Shown here: positions 49,002-58,142 of the stretch, in pieces
Layout of the letters: each line of letters opens with the position of its first letter
How positions within the stretch are numbered: the first letter of the stretch is position 1
NCBI GenBank assembly: GCA_023391185.1
Contig: JAEWBI010000045.1
Coordinates: forward strand, 786-64,785
From: Bacillota bacterium
Lineage (GTDB): Bacteria; Bacillota_I; Bacilli_A; RF39; UBA660
Direction of reading: 5' to 3'
Length of the DNA stretch: 64,000 nt
Notes under the pieces: generated by a model
The model's database searches: none
What the model saw: the letters and a program-made list of their open reading frames with translations, nothing else
What the model was told of the DNA's origin: nothing
Translations under genes and position numbers: made by a program

Positions 49002-50351
49002 ATGGTAAAGGATATTGATAAATTTAAAAAAGAAATGTTAGAGCGTAATAAAAAAAGGAAAAAGGGATTTACTTTAATAGAATTACTTGCAGTTTTTGTT
49101 GTACTTGCGGTAGTTGCGGGGGTTGCTATTTTTTCTATTAATAATATAGAAGAAGAATTATCTGCAAAATCTTATGGTGAATCTGTAAAAAATGTTATTT
49201 CATCAGCTCAAAATTATTACTCTTCCAATGCAGAAACAGGGTTTCCTCCTGCTGGGTTATCGGTATTATCTGATGAAATAGAAATTGAAAATAAGAACCA
49301 GTATAAAAATGGTTTAATAATATACAATTCCATAACAGGAAAATTAGAAGCCAAGAACATCACAGATGGCAATTACTGTGCCAATGGTCCAATCGATAAT
49401 TTGAATATTGTTGAGGGAGAGTGTCCTTCAACTGATCTTGCTTGTTTTGATTATACTAAAGCAAGCGGCAAAGTGACTATCACTGGTTTCGATTATAGTA
49501 ACAACTCTTGCTTAGGATATGTAACAGTCCCATCAACAATTGAAGGATTACCTGTAACAAAAGTTGGGTTTGCAGCTTTTGCTGACACTAATAAAATTAC
49601 TCCAGAAGCATGTGAACCAAATGAAGAATTCTTAGTTCCATCTTTCACAACAACAGGAACATCATCTATAAAAATAACTGCTACTCCATTATCATCAACC
49701 TATGCTTTAGAGGTTGATGATAACTGTGTAAGTTATACCAATTTTTATGATCATACAGCTGATGGTGAATATAGCTGCGGATGCAGTTTGTTTAATGTTC
49801 AAGGTATGACTGTAGGGAATAGTGGTAGCAAACTACTAGGAATTACTCTTCCAAGTACAATAACTTATATAGACAATTTAGCATTTGCTAAAACGTCATT
49901 AAACTATATAAATTTGAATAGTTTAACTGAATTAACCTATATAGGGGATTCTAGTTTTAAAGACACTAATTTATTAAGTTTGGATTTTTCTGGATTAAAT
50001 AAACTTTCGACAATAGGTTATGCCGCTTTTAATGGAAGTAGTATTAACAAATTAAATATAACTAATCTTTATAATTTGGCAATTATAAGAAGTGGTGCTT
50101 TTTCAGAAAATAATATTGAGAGTTTGGACTTTACTGGTAGTAATAATATCACACACATAGGGACAGGTGCTTTTGCTAGTAATCAAATATCTGATATTAA
50201 GATAAATAATTTAACTAAACTAAATTCTCTTTGGTATGGAGCATTTTGTGGTAATCCATTTACACTATCATCAGATACTTTACCTGATACATCGAATTTA
50301 ACAGGAGTAGAGGTTTCAAAACTAGTTTCAGCTTGTTTATTGGAAAATTAA
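49002..50351 (+). CDS. modular type IV prepilin with a C-terminal BspA-type leucine-rich-repeat module
   Basis: A 22-aa leader ending KKG/FTLIELLAVFVVLAVVAGVAIFS. The TDGNYCANG...GEC loop is shared with the 21846 product. Repeats of the type L..I.IP..vt.Ig..AF. Confidence 0.85.
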   Translation: MVKDIDKFKKEMLERNKKRKKGFTLIELLAVFVVLAVVAGVAIFSINNIEEELSAKSYGESVKNVISSAQNYYSSNAETGFPPAGLSVLSDEIEIENKNQYKNGLIIYNSITGKLEAKNITDGNYCANGPIDNLNIVEGECPSTDLACFDYTKASGKVTITGFDYSNNSCLGYVTVPSTIEGLPVTKVGFAAFADTNKITPEACEPNEEFLVPSFTTTGTSSIKITATPLSSTYALEVDDNCVSYTNFYDHTADGEYSCGCSLFNVQGMTVGNSGSKLLGITLPSTITYIDNLAFAKTSLNYINLNSLTELTYIGDSSFKDTNLLSLDFSGLNKLSTIGYAAFNGSSINKLNITNLYNLAIIRSGAFSENNIESLDFTGSNNITHIGTGAFASNQISDIKINNLTKLNSLWYGAFCGNPFTLSSDTLPDTSNLTGVEVSKLVSACLLEN

Positions 50352-50422
50352 AATTATTAAATAAAGTGAGTATTGATGTAAACTCTATTTTCAAATCTAA
50401 AAATTTATGTTATAATTAATAT

Positions 50423-50597
50423 ACCTAAGAAACATATAGTAGCACTTATGAAAAACCTACTAATATAACGAATTGGGAATCTAATTTATAGATGGTGTTG
50501 AATGCTTACTACGTTAAGAATCCTAAAGTTTATAATGTGATGCCCACCTGGGAGATCAGGTTTTACTCGTTATGCTACTGTTTCCTAGGTTTTTTTG
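50423..50597 (+). ncRNA. candidate 6S RNA (SsrS/BsrA-like)
   Basis: Extended -10 TGTTATAAT at 50408-50416. A ~175-nt non-coding stretch whose ends pair (CCTAAGAAACA..AGTAGCA with TGCTACT..TGTTTCCTAGG). Inner helix AAAACC/GGTTTT around an asymmetric bubble. Sits in the aspS-tcdA interval, where B. subtilis has 6S-1. Confidence 0.55.
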
Positions 50598-50704
50598 TTC
50601 TTTTGTTCCAATTTTACACAAATTAGTATTTGTGCTATAATACCACCTTAATTGATGGAGATAATATAATTTTATCTATTAATTTAAATTGGAGAAGATA
50701 AAAA

Positions 50705-50815
50705 ATGTTAGATAATGTATGTTTTGTAGTATCTGGCTTACAATATTTGTATTTAAATGTTTCAACATATATACAAAAGAAGAAAAAATTAGAAGAAATG
50801 ATGAGAAGTTTATAA
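50705..50815 (+). CDS. possible 36-aa small protein
   Basis: GGAGAAG SD-like sequence upstream. MLDNVCFVVSGLQYLYLNVSTYIQKKKKLEEMMRSL. A hairpin terminator (AAGATAGTT-AAAA-ACTATCTT) lies just downstream. Confidence 0.3.
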   Translation: MLDNVCFVVSGLQYLYLNVSTYIQKKKKLEEMMRSL

Positions 50816-50899
50816 CTTCATAGATATAAAAGATAGTTAAAAACTATCTTTTTATTTATTTTCATGTTGTTTTAATATATAATATATTAAGGTGATAGT

Positions 50900-51577
50900 A
50901 TGCAGTTTAGTAGATTGGAACTTTTAATAGGAAATAAAATTAATGATATTCATAACAAAACAGTACTTGTAGTGGGCATTGGTGGAGTAGGCGGTTATGC
51001 TGTTGAAGCTTTAGTTCGAGCAGGCATAGGTACAATAATTATAGTAGATAATGATATAGTCGATATAAGTAATTTAAATAGGCAAGTAATCTCTTTACAT
51101 TCTAACATTGGACTTCTTAAAGTAGATGTATGTGAAAAGAGAATATTAGATATAAATCCTACTTGTAAAGTAATAAAAAAGCCTATTTATTTAACAAAAG
51201 AAAATACTATCGATCTATTTGAAGATAAAATAGATTATGTTGTAGATGCTTGCGATACTATTGAAGTAAAGAAAACATTAATTAAAATATGTGATAGTAA
51301 AAATATTAAATTAATTTCTTCAATGGGGACAGGCAAAAAAATGGATCCAACAAAATTAGAAATAGTAGATATAAGAAAAACTAGCTATGATCCAATTGCT
51401 AAAATACTTAGAAAAATGGTTAAAGACGAAAGAATTAAAAATAAGGTAATGGTAGTATGCTCTAAAGAAGAGCCAAAGAAGATTGAGGGTAAAACAATTG
51501 GTTCTACACCATTTGTACCAGCAACAGCCGGTCTCTTATGTGCAAGTTTTATAATTAATGATATAGTGGGTGATTAA
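50900..51577 (+). CDS. tcdA: tRNA threonylcarbamoyladenosine dehydratase (ThiF/E1-like, YrvM)
   Basis: VLVVGIGGVGGYAVEALVRAGIGTIIIVDNDIVDISNLNRQ. Confidence 0.85.
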   Translation: MQFSRLELLIGNKINDIHNKTVLVVGIGGVGGYAVEALVRAGIGTIIIVDNDIVDISNLNRQVISLHSNIGLLKVDVCEKRILDINPTCKVIKKPIYLTKENTIDLFEDKIDYVVDACDTIEVKKTLIKICDSKNIKLISSMGTGKKMDPTKLEIVDIRKTSYDPIAKILRKMVKDERIKNKVMVVCSKEEPKKIEGKTIGSTPFVPATAGLLCASFIINDIVGD

Positions 51578-51578
51578 T

Positions 51579-52121
51579 ATGCAAGAGTTAAATGGACTAC
51601 CAAAAAAGTTAAAAGGCTCGGTACTTGTAATTGGCTTTGATGATAATGGTAAGTTAGTAAATGATTTAAAGAATAATAATAGTATTAATAATGTTTATAC
51701 ATTAAATAATAATTCTAAAGAAAAAAAGAAAAAAAATAAGAGAAAAAAGAAATTTATTGGCGAAAAAAATATTGATATTAAGAAATTAAAAAAAGAATTT
51801 AAGAAGCAAAGCTTTGATTATATAATATGTGATTTTGATACAATAACACCATTCTTTAGAAGTTTTGTGAAAAATAGTATTTTACTCGCAAGTGAAAAAG
51901 TTTATTTATATGTTCAGGGGTTAGATTATGAACATGAAGAAATAAGATACCGTTATGAAAGATATGGTTCAAAAGTATTAAAAAAAGGTGCTCATGATGA
52001 ATACTTATTTGAGATAAATGTGACTAAGATTAAAATATCTTTTTTTAAATCATTTAGATACTGGCTTAAAGATATTAGATATGATTTTGTAGAATTTATC
52101 GCAAATATTTTAATAGGTTAA
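51579..52121 (+). CDS. hypothetical protein with a Lys-rich insert
   Basis: The ATG lies 1 nt after the tcdA stop. No recognisable motif. Confidence 0.5.
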   Translation: MQELNGLPKKLKGSVLVIGFDDNGKLVNDLKNNNSINNVYTLNNNSKEKKKKNKRKKKFIGEKNIDIKKLKKEFKKQSFDYIICDFDTITPFFRSFVKNSILLASEKVYLYVQGLDYEHEEIRYRYERYGSKVLKKGAHDEYLFEINVTKIKISFFKSFRYWLKDIRYDFVEFIANILIG

Positions 52122-52222
52122 TTTATAGCTATAAAATTATATGGAAACTAGTAAATACTGGTTTCTTTTATTGTTTTTTATTGATATTTTTGGTACAATT
52201 AAAGTTAGTTTAGGGTGATAGT

Positions 52223-55168
52223 ATGTATTTAAAAGAAATAAAGGCACATGGTTTTAAATCTTTTGCGGATAAAATAACAATTGATTTAGATGGTAATATT
52301 ACGGGTATAGTAGGTCCAAATGGATCAGGTAAAAGTAACGTAGTTGATGCAGTTCGTTGGGTACTTGGTGAACAATCAGTAAAATCATTACGTGGTAGTG
52401 ATAATATGACTGATGTAATATTTTCGGGTTCTAAATCTAGAAATCCTTTAAATGTAGCTAGTGTTACTTTAGTGTTTGATAATACTGATCACTACTTACC
52501 AATAGATTTTAATGAAGTAGCTATAAAAAGAAGAGTATATAGAGATGGCACTAATGAGTATTTTTTAAATGGCGAAAAATGTAGACTTAAAGACATTACT
52601 GATATACTTTTAGATAGTGGTATTGCTAAAGAAAGTTTTAATATAATATCACAAGGTAAAATAGATGATATTTTATCTAACAAAGCACAAGATAGAAGAG
52701 TTATATTTGAAGAAGCAGCAGGTGTTCTTAAATATAAAAGAAGAAAAGAAGAAGCCTTAAGAAAACTTGAAAGAACTCATGATAATATGAGTAGAGTTGA
52801 AGATATTATAGGTGAGCTTGAAAAACAGGTTCTTCCTCTTAAAGAGCAAAAACAAAAAGCATTAGAGTATTTAGATGTTAAAGAAGAACTTGAAGATATA
52901 GAAATAGCTGTTATTGCTAATGACATTAATTTAATAAATGAAGAATATAAAGATAAGAAGAACTTAATTGCGAAACTTAATACTGAAATATTATCTATTT
53001 CTACTACTAATACCGGTAATGAAGCTAGAATTAGTGAACTTAAATTGAAAATAGATAATCTTAATAATGAGATTGCGTCTAAACAAAGAGAATTACTAGA
53101 TATTACTACGAAAGTAGAAAAAATTAATAGTCGTAAGAATATAATTTTAGAAAGACAAAAATATCAAGTAGAAGATAGTAAATTACATACTAATTTAGTT
53201 GATACTAAAGAAAAAATACTAAAAATAGAAACTGACATTGCCAGTACTAATAATTTAATTATTATTAAGAGTGATGAAGTAAGTGATTTAAGAGAAAAAT
53301 GTAATTTAAAAGAAAAGGATGTAAATGATTTAAAATCACTTAGAACTAAGTTAGACAGCGCTATTGGTGAAAATTATCGTAAACAAAATATCCTAAAAAA
53401 TAAGATAGAGATTCTAAAAGATAATATTGATAATAATAGCATTTTACCTAGTAGTACTAAGGCTGTTTTAGATAATCCTAAACTTTCTGGAGTACATGAT
53501 GTAATTGGAAACTTATTCGAACTTGATGAGTCTTATTCTGTAGCTATTTCAACTGCTTTAGGAGTGGCTAGTGCTAATATAGTAGTAGATAATGAATTTG
53601 TAGCTAAAGAGGCTATAAACTACCTAAAAAACAATAATTTAGGTAGGGCTACATTCTTTCCACTAAACATAATTAAACCAAAGGGAATAGATACTGAAAC
53701 TATGAATATACTTCGTAGTTCAAATGGATTTATAGCTATTGCGAGTGATTTAGTTTCATACGATAAAAAATACTATAATATAATAGTTAACCAATTGGGT
53801 AATGTTGTAGTAGTGAAGGATATTGATTGTGCTAATATAATAAGCAAAAAGATTAATTATCGTTATAGAATAGTAACTTTAGATGGTAATATGCTTCATG
53901 TAGGAGGTTCCATTACCGGTGGTAATAAAATAACTAATCGTAATATTATTACTCTAAAATACGAATTAGAAAACTTAATAAAGGAATATAAACAAACTAC
54001 TGAAGATATAACTAAAATAGAAGATAATATGAATATTACTGATGCTAATATTGCATCTGAATCAGATAAATTATACTTACTTACTAAGAATAAGAATATT
54101 TTAGAAGATGAAATAAGTAGTAAGAAAATGAGTATATCTGAATTGAACGATATTCTTGAAGACTTAAAACACGAAGCTGTTAGTATAAATAATATGTTAG
54201 GTGGTTCTTTATCAAGTGAAGAAGATATGGTTATTAAAGAATACTATGCTGCATTAAAAGATAAAGAAATGATTACTAATAATTTAGAGTCATTATATAA
54301 TGAACGTGATAATTACAAAGAAGAACTAGATGAGTATGAACATTCTTTAAAACAAGAAAACACTACTTATAATGCTAGAACTAAAGAATTAAATAATCTA
54401 GAAATAGAAGTAAATAGAATGGATGTTAAACTTGATAACATGCTTTCTACATTAAATGAAACATATAATATGACATATGAAAAGGCATATAGTGAGTATA
54501 AACTTTCTATTGATGTAGATGAAGCTAGAAATAAAGTAAATAGTCTAAGAAAAAAGATGCGTGACTTAGGTATGGTTAATCTAGCAGCTATTGATGAATA
54601 TGATAAAGTAAGTGAAAGATATGAATTCTTAATTAAACAAAAAGAAGACTTAACTAATGCTGAAACCACTCTTCTAGAAATTATAGAGGAAATGGATAAT
54701 GTCATGAAAGATGATTTCATGAAGACCTTTGACATTATTAAAGAAAACTTCTCTACAACATTTAAAGAGTTATTTAGTGGTGGAACAGCAGAACTTAAAC
54801 TTACTGATCCAAGTAATATTCTTGAAACTGGTGTTGAAATAATAGCTTGCCCACCAGGAAAAAAACTGACATCAATTTCTCTTTTGTCAGGTGGAGAAAA
54901 GACTTTTACAGCTATTAGTTTACTATTTGCGATACTTAAGAGTCGTCAAGTACCATTTTGTATTTTAGACGAAGTTGAAGCAGCACTAGATGATGTGAAT
55001 GTTGGAAGCTTTGGTAAATATTTGATTAATTTAGCAACCAAAACTCAATTTATAGTTATTACACATAAAAAGAAAACAATGGAGTTCGTTAATACATTGT
55101 ATGGGATAACAATGCAAGAATCAGGAGTATCTAAATTAGTCAGTGTTAAATTAGAAGAAATTAAATAA
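52223..55168 (+). CDS. smc: chromosome condensation/segregation ATPase SMC (short, 981 aa)
   Basis: Walker A GPNGSGKSN, long coiled coils, hinge, signature LSGGEKT, Walker B FCILDEVEAALD. Confidence 0.92.
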   Translation: MYLKEIKAHGFKSFADKITIDLDGNITGIVGPNGSGKSNVVDAVRWVLGEQSVKSLRGSDNMTDVIFSGSKSRNPLNVASVTLVFDNTDHYLPIDFNEVAIKRRVYRDGTNEYFLNGEKCRLKDITDILLDSGIAKESFNIISQGKIDDILSNKAQDRRVIFEEAAGVLKYKRRKEEALRKLERTHDNMSRVEDIIGELEKQVLPLKEQKQKALEYLDVKEELEDIEIAVIANDINLINEEYKDKKNLIAKLNTEILSISTTNTGNEARISELKLKIDNLNNEIASKQRELLDITTKVEKINSRKNIILERQKYQVEDSKLHTNLVDTKEKILKIETDIASTNNLIIIKSDEVSDLREKCNLKEKDVNDLKSLRTKLDSAIGENYRKQNILKNKIEILKDNIDNNSILPSSTKAVLDNPKLSGVHDVIGNLFELDESYSVAISTALGVASANIVVDNEFVAKEAINYLKNNNLGRATFFPLNIIKPKGIDTETMNILRSSNGFIAIASDLVSYDKKYYNIIVNQLGNVVVVKDIDCANIISKKINYRYRIVTLDGNMLHVGGSITGGNKITNRNIITLKYELENLIKEYKQTTEDITKIEDNMNITDANIASESDKLYLLTKNKNILEDEISSKKMSISELNDILEDLKHEAVSINNMLGGSLSSEEDMVIKEYYAALKDKEMITNNLESLYNERDNYKEELDEYEHSLKQENTTYNARTKELNNLEIEVNRMDVKLDNMLSTLNETYNMTYEKAYSEYKLSIDVDEARNKVNSLRKKMRDLGMVNLAAIDEYDKVSERYEFLIKQKEDLTNAETTLLEIIEEMDNVMKDDFMKTFDIIKENFSTTFKELFSGGTAELKLTDPSNILETGVEIIACPPGKKLTSISLLSGGEKTFTAISLLFAILKSRQVPFCILDEVEAALDDVNVGSFGKYLINLATKTQFIVITHKKKTMEFVNTLYGITMQESGVSKLVSVKLEEIK

Positions 55169-55263
55169 TCTACTGCCCAAAATATATCTAAAAAAGAAAA
55201 AAAATCAAAAAAAGTATTGAATAATTATTTTTGATATGGTATATTTAAAGGGCAGTGTTAGTT

Positions 55264-55340
55264 GGACCCTTAGCTCAGTTGGTTAGAGCATCCGGCTCAT
55301 AACCGGGCGGTCGTAGGTTCGAGTCCTACAGGGTCCACCA
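55264..55340 (+). tRNA. tRNA with CAT anticodon, probably tRNA-Ile2 (lysidine); formally Met
   Basis: Full hand-folded cloverleaf: acceptor GGACCCT/AGGGTCC, anticodon loop CTCATAA, T-loop TTCGAGT, encoded CCA. The GGACC.TTAGCTCAG start resembles Firmicutes Ile2. Confidence 0.9.
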
Positions 55341-55346
55341 CTTGTT

Positions 55347-55431
55347 GCGAGTGTGGCGAAATTGGCAGACGCACTAGACTTAGGATCTAGCGCCGTGAGG
55401 CATATGGGTTCAAGTCCCTTCACTCGCACCA
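55347..55431 (+). tRNA. tRNA-Leu (TAG anticodon)
   Basis: Class II tRNA: acceptor GCGAGTG/CACTCGC, anticodon arm CTAGA-CTTAGGA-TCTAG, long variable arm, encoded CCA. One U-U mismatch in the T-stem. Confidence 0.9.
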
Positions 55432-55445
55432 GATATGAAAAAGTT

Positions 55446-55492
55446 GCTACCACTTTATAATTCTAATGATTATAGGGTGGTAGCATTTAATT
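55446..55492 (+). terminator. terminator-like hairpin after the tRNA pair
   Basis: GCTACCAC...GTGGTAGC stem, followed by a weak T-rich tail. Confidence 0.5.
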
Positions 55493-55766
55493 TATAAAAA
55501 AATTAAAAATAGATTTTTACTTAAAAAGTAGAATCTTTTTTTTGAAAATTAATTTTAAAAAACTATTAAAAGCAAAATAGATTTTTTTAATTTATATGTA
55601 GTAATATTCGACTGACTTTAAAAGATACTTCCTACAAATTAGTAATTTCAAGTTCCTAAGTCGTTGTTAAATTATTATATGATTAAGTTATAGTATATTT
55701 TATATGCAATAAAATTAATGAAAAATGTTAAGCAATATGATAAAATAAAATATAGGAGGTAAAATT

Positions 55767-55979
55767 ATGACAGATGTTAATCGTGAAGAATTAAATGAAA
55801 TCATAAAAAAGTTTGCTGAATCTGGATGGAATCTTATTGCTGAACCATCAAAAGCATGGCTTGAAGGCAATAAAGACAAAGAAAGATTAATTAATGCTGT
55901 AAAACAAGCAGACAAAGAATGTGGTTCTGGTGGCTGCGAATATGATGCCCTTTACAAAAGGTTACTTAAGATTATTTAA
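55767..55979 (+). CDS. small hypothetical protein (70 aa)
   Basis: Strong SD TAGGAGG. Contains CGSGGCEYD. No family recognised. Confidence 0.55.
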   Translation: MTDVNREELNEIIKKFAESGWNLIAEPSKAWLEGNKDKERLINAVKQADKECGSGGCEYDALYKRLLKII

Positions 55980-56094
55980 AATATAAAAGAAGGGCAACAT
56001 TTTTATCTAACTGATATAAAGTTTTAAAATATATCACAATTAGTTGAGTGATATATATAGATATAAAATTAATAATGAGTAAATGAGGAAGTAT

Positions 56095-56742
56095 ATGAAA
56101 CCAATTATAGGAATAGTTAGTAACGTTACTGTTAATAACAAAATTAGTGTAGTAGAGAATGCTGTTAAAGCAATTGAAATTTCAGGTGGAGAGCCGATAG
56201 CTTTAGTAACAAATGCAGAAGATATTATAGGAGAAAATGTACTTGAAATGTGTGATGGCTTTCTTTTCCAAGGAGGTTCTTACTCAAGTGATTTTCATTA
56301 TAAGATATTTGATTACGCTAAAAGAAAAAAGAAACCTGTACTAGCAATTTGTTTAGGGTTCCAATCAATGTCTAGATATTTTTTTGGACCAGAGTGTGTA
56401 ACTTTAATTGATGATTTAAAATTAGATAAAATAGTTAGACATAAATTATACTTTGAAGAAGAAAGTATCGAGCACAACATAAATATAAGTGAAGACAGCT
56501 ATATGTATAAAATATTTGGAAATAGTTTATTAGTAAATAGCAGACATGAAAAAACTGTTACTTATACAGAAGAACCATTTAAAGTTTCGGCAAGATCTGA
56601 AGATGGTATTATAGAAGGTATTGAATATATAGATGACGATAATTATTTCGTCGGAGTACAGTTTCATCCAGAAGATATAGAATACTTAAAACCTATTTTT
56701 GATAGGTTTATTAATAGAGTAGAATTAGAAAAGAATAAATAG
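56095..56742 (+). CDS. class I glutamine amidotransferase / peptidase C26 (gamma-glutamyl hydrolase-like)
   Basis: PVLAICLGFQSM (nucleophile Cys) and GVQFHPE (His/Glu). Confidence 0.8.
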   Translation: MKPIIGIVSNVTVNNKISVVENAVKAIEISGGEPIALVTNAEDIIGENVLEMCDGFLFQGGSYSSDFHYKIFDYAKRKKKPVLAICLGFQSMSRYFFGPECVTLIDDLKLDKIVRHKLYFEEESIEHNINISEDSYMYKIFGNSLLVNSRHEKTVTYTEEPFKVSARSEDGIIEGIEYIDDDNYFVGVQFHPEDIEYLKPIFDRFINRVELEKNK

Positions 56743-56846
56743 TAGAATACCTAGTGATTGTCTAGGTATTTTATTTTTTTCTAAATTAAGCACAATCATT
56801 ATTAACTTTTTAATTAAAATAAAACATATATTTAATTGGTGAAAGT

Positions 56847-57413
56847 ATGAATAATTTTAATATATTAAATGGATTTTTTACAGATAGACTACTTCTTAGA
56901 AAGACAATTGATAGTGATGCTTTGCCGCTTTATGATAAGATATTTAATAACTATGATTATTATAAATATTATTTTTCTTTCTACATTGATAGCTTTAAAA
57001 CCTATCAGTATATTATAAATACGGCAAACAAACAAAACTTAGGTGATAATGTACTTAGTTTAACAGTATGTTTAAAAGATACCTTTGAGCCTATAGGATT
57101 GATAACCATACATACTATTGACTACCAAAATAAATCTTGTGGTTTGGGATATATAATAAGTAAAAGTTACTCAAACTATGGCTATACAACGGAGGCAGTT
57201 AATAGAGTTCTAGATTATATTTTAAACTATCTTAATATTCATCGTGTTGAAGCTCAAATTATAAGTAGTAATATTTCTTCTATTGAAGTTGCCAAAAAAT
57301 GTCATTTTAAGTATGAATCTACAAGAACTGAAAGTTGCTTCTTAGATGGACAGTTTTATAATCAAGACGTTTATGTGATTTTAAATAGTAATAATACTAA
57401 TTATCAAAATTGA
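56847..57413 (+). CDS. GNAT family N-acetyltransferase (RimJ/RimL-like)
   Basis: GYIISKSYSNYGYTTEAVNRVLDY...LNIHRVEAQIISSNISSIEVAKKCHFKYE. Confidence 0.8.
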   Translation: MNNFNILNGFFTDRLLLRKTIDSDALPLYDKIFNNYDYYKYYFSFYIDSFKTYQYIINTANKQNLGDNVLSLTVCLKDTFEPIGLITIHTIDYQNKSCGLGYIISKSYSNYGYTTEAVNRVLDYILNYLNIHRVEAQIISSNISSIEVAKKCHFKYESTRTESCFLDGQFYNQDVYVILNSNNTNYQN

Positions 57414-57488
57414 AATTTATTAACTAAGTAATTACTTATTGTTTATTATGTTTAATCCAGTTATAATAAAATAAAGGAGAATAAATAT

Positions 57489-57974
57489 ATGAATTTTAAT
57501 TTTGGTTTTTCTTATGTTGGATTATTATTTATTATGATGTTAATTATACCAAATATTATATGGAGTAAAAATATACCAATAGATTATGAGAAATATGCTG
57601 TAAAAGAAAACAAAATTCTTTTAATGTTCGAGAAAATAGGACAGATACTAGTAACATGTTTTGCATTAATATTTAGTGATTTTAATATACAACATTTTAA
57701 TTACTGGACTATATTACTATTAATATCTTTTTTAATAATGCTTTTATATGAATTTTACTGGATTAGATATTTTAATAGTAATAGGACTATGAAAGTTTTT
57801 TATAGTAGTGTACTTGGTATTCCATTAGCGGGTGCTACTTTGCCAGTTTTGGCATTTTTATTACTTGCTATATATGGAAGAAATATTTTAATGTTTATAG
57901 CAATTATTATATTTGGAATAGGACATATTGGTATTCATTTTGGTCATTTTAAAGATATAAAAAAGTCAAATTAA
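57489..57974 (+). CDS. polytopic membrane protein, unknown function
   Basis: SD AAAGGAG. Five hydrophobic helices. Confidence 0.6.
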   Translation: MNFNFGFSYVGLLFIMMLIIPNIIWSKNIPIDYEKYAVKENKILLMFEKIGQILVTCFALIFSDFNIQHFNYWTILLLISFLIMLLYEFYWIRYFNSNRTMKVFYSSVLGIPLAGATLPVLAFLLLAIYGRNILMFIAIIIFGIGHIGIHFGHFKDIKKSN

Positions 57975-58068
57975 ATTTGATATTTTGAGTAATTTATTGA
58001 ATTTAATTTGATACTGTTCTTTTTATTTGTGTACTACTATGATATAATTAATCGTAGGAAGTGATTTT

Positions 58069-58116
58069 ATGTTATATAAAATAATATATAATCGATGTTG
58101 CCGATATAATTATTAA
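58069..58116 (+). CDS. putative 15-codon leader peptide MLYKIIYNRCCRYNY with tandem Cys codons
   Basis: Not in the ORF track. Extended -10 TGATATAAT (58040-58048). SD GGAAGTGAT with the organism-typical 3-nt spacer before the ATG. TGT TGC at 58096-58101. Lies 27 nt upstream of cysS. Confidence 0.4.
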   Translation: MLYKIIYNRCCRYNY

Positions 58117-58142
58117 CATATATTTAATTATAGGAGGAATTT

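Noticed and set aside
55432-57974. The block after tRNA-Leu (small protein, C26 amidotransferase, GNAT, membrane protein, with long AT-rich spacers) could be a tRNA-targeted genomic island.
   Set aside because: I could find no integrase or recombinase and no direct repeat of the tRNA 3' end. Gene content is ordinary accessory metabolism.
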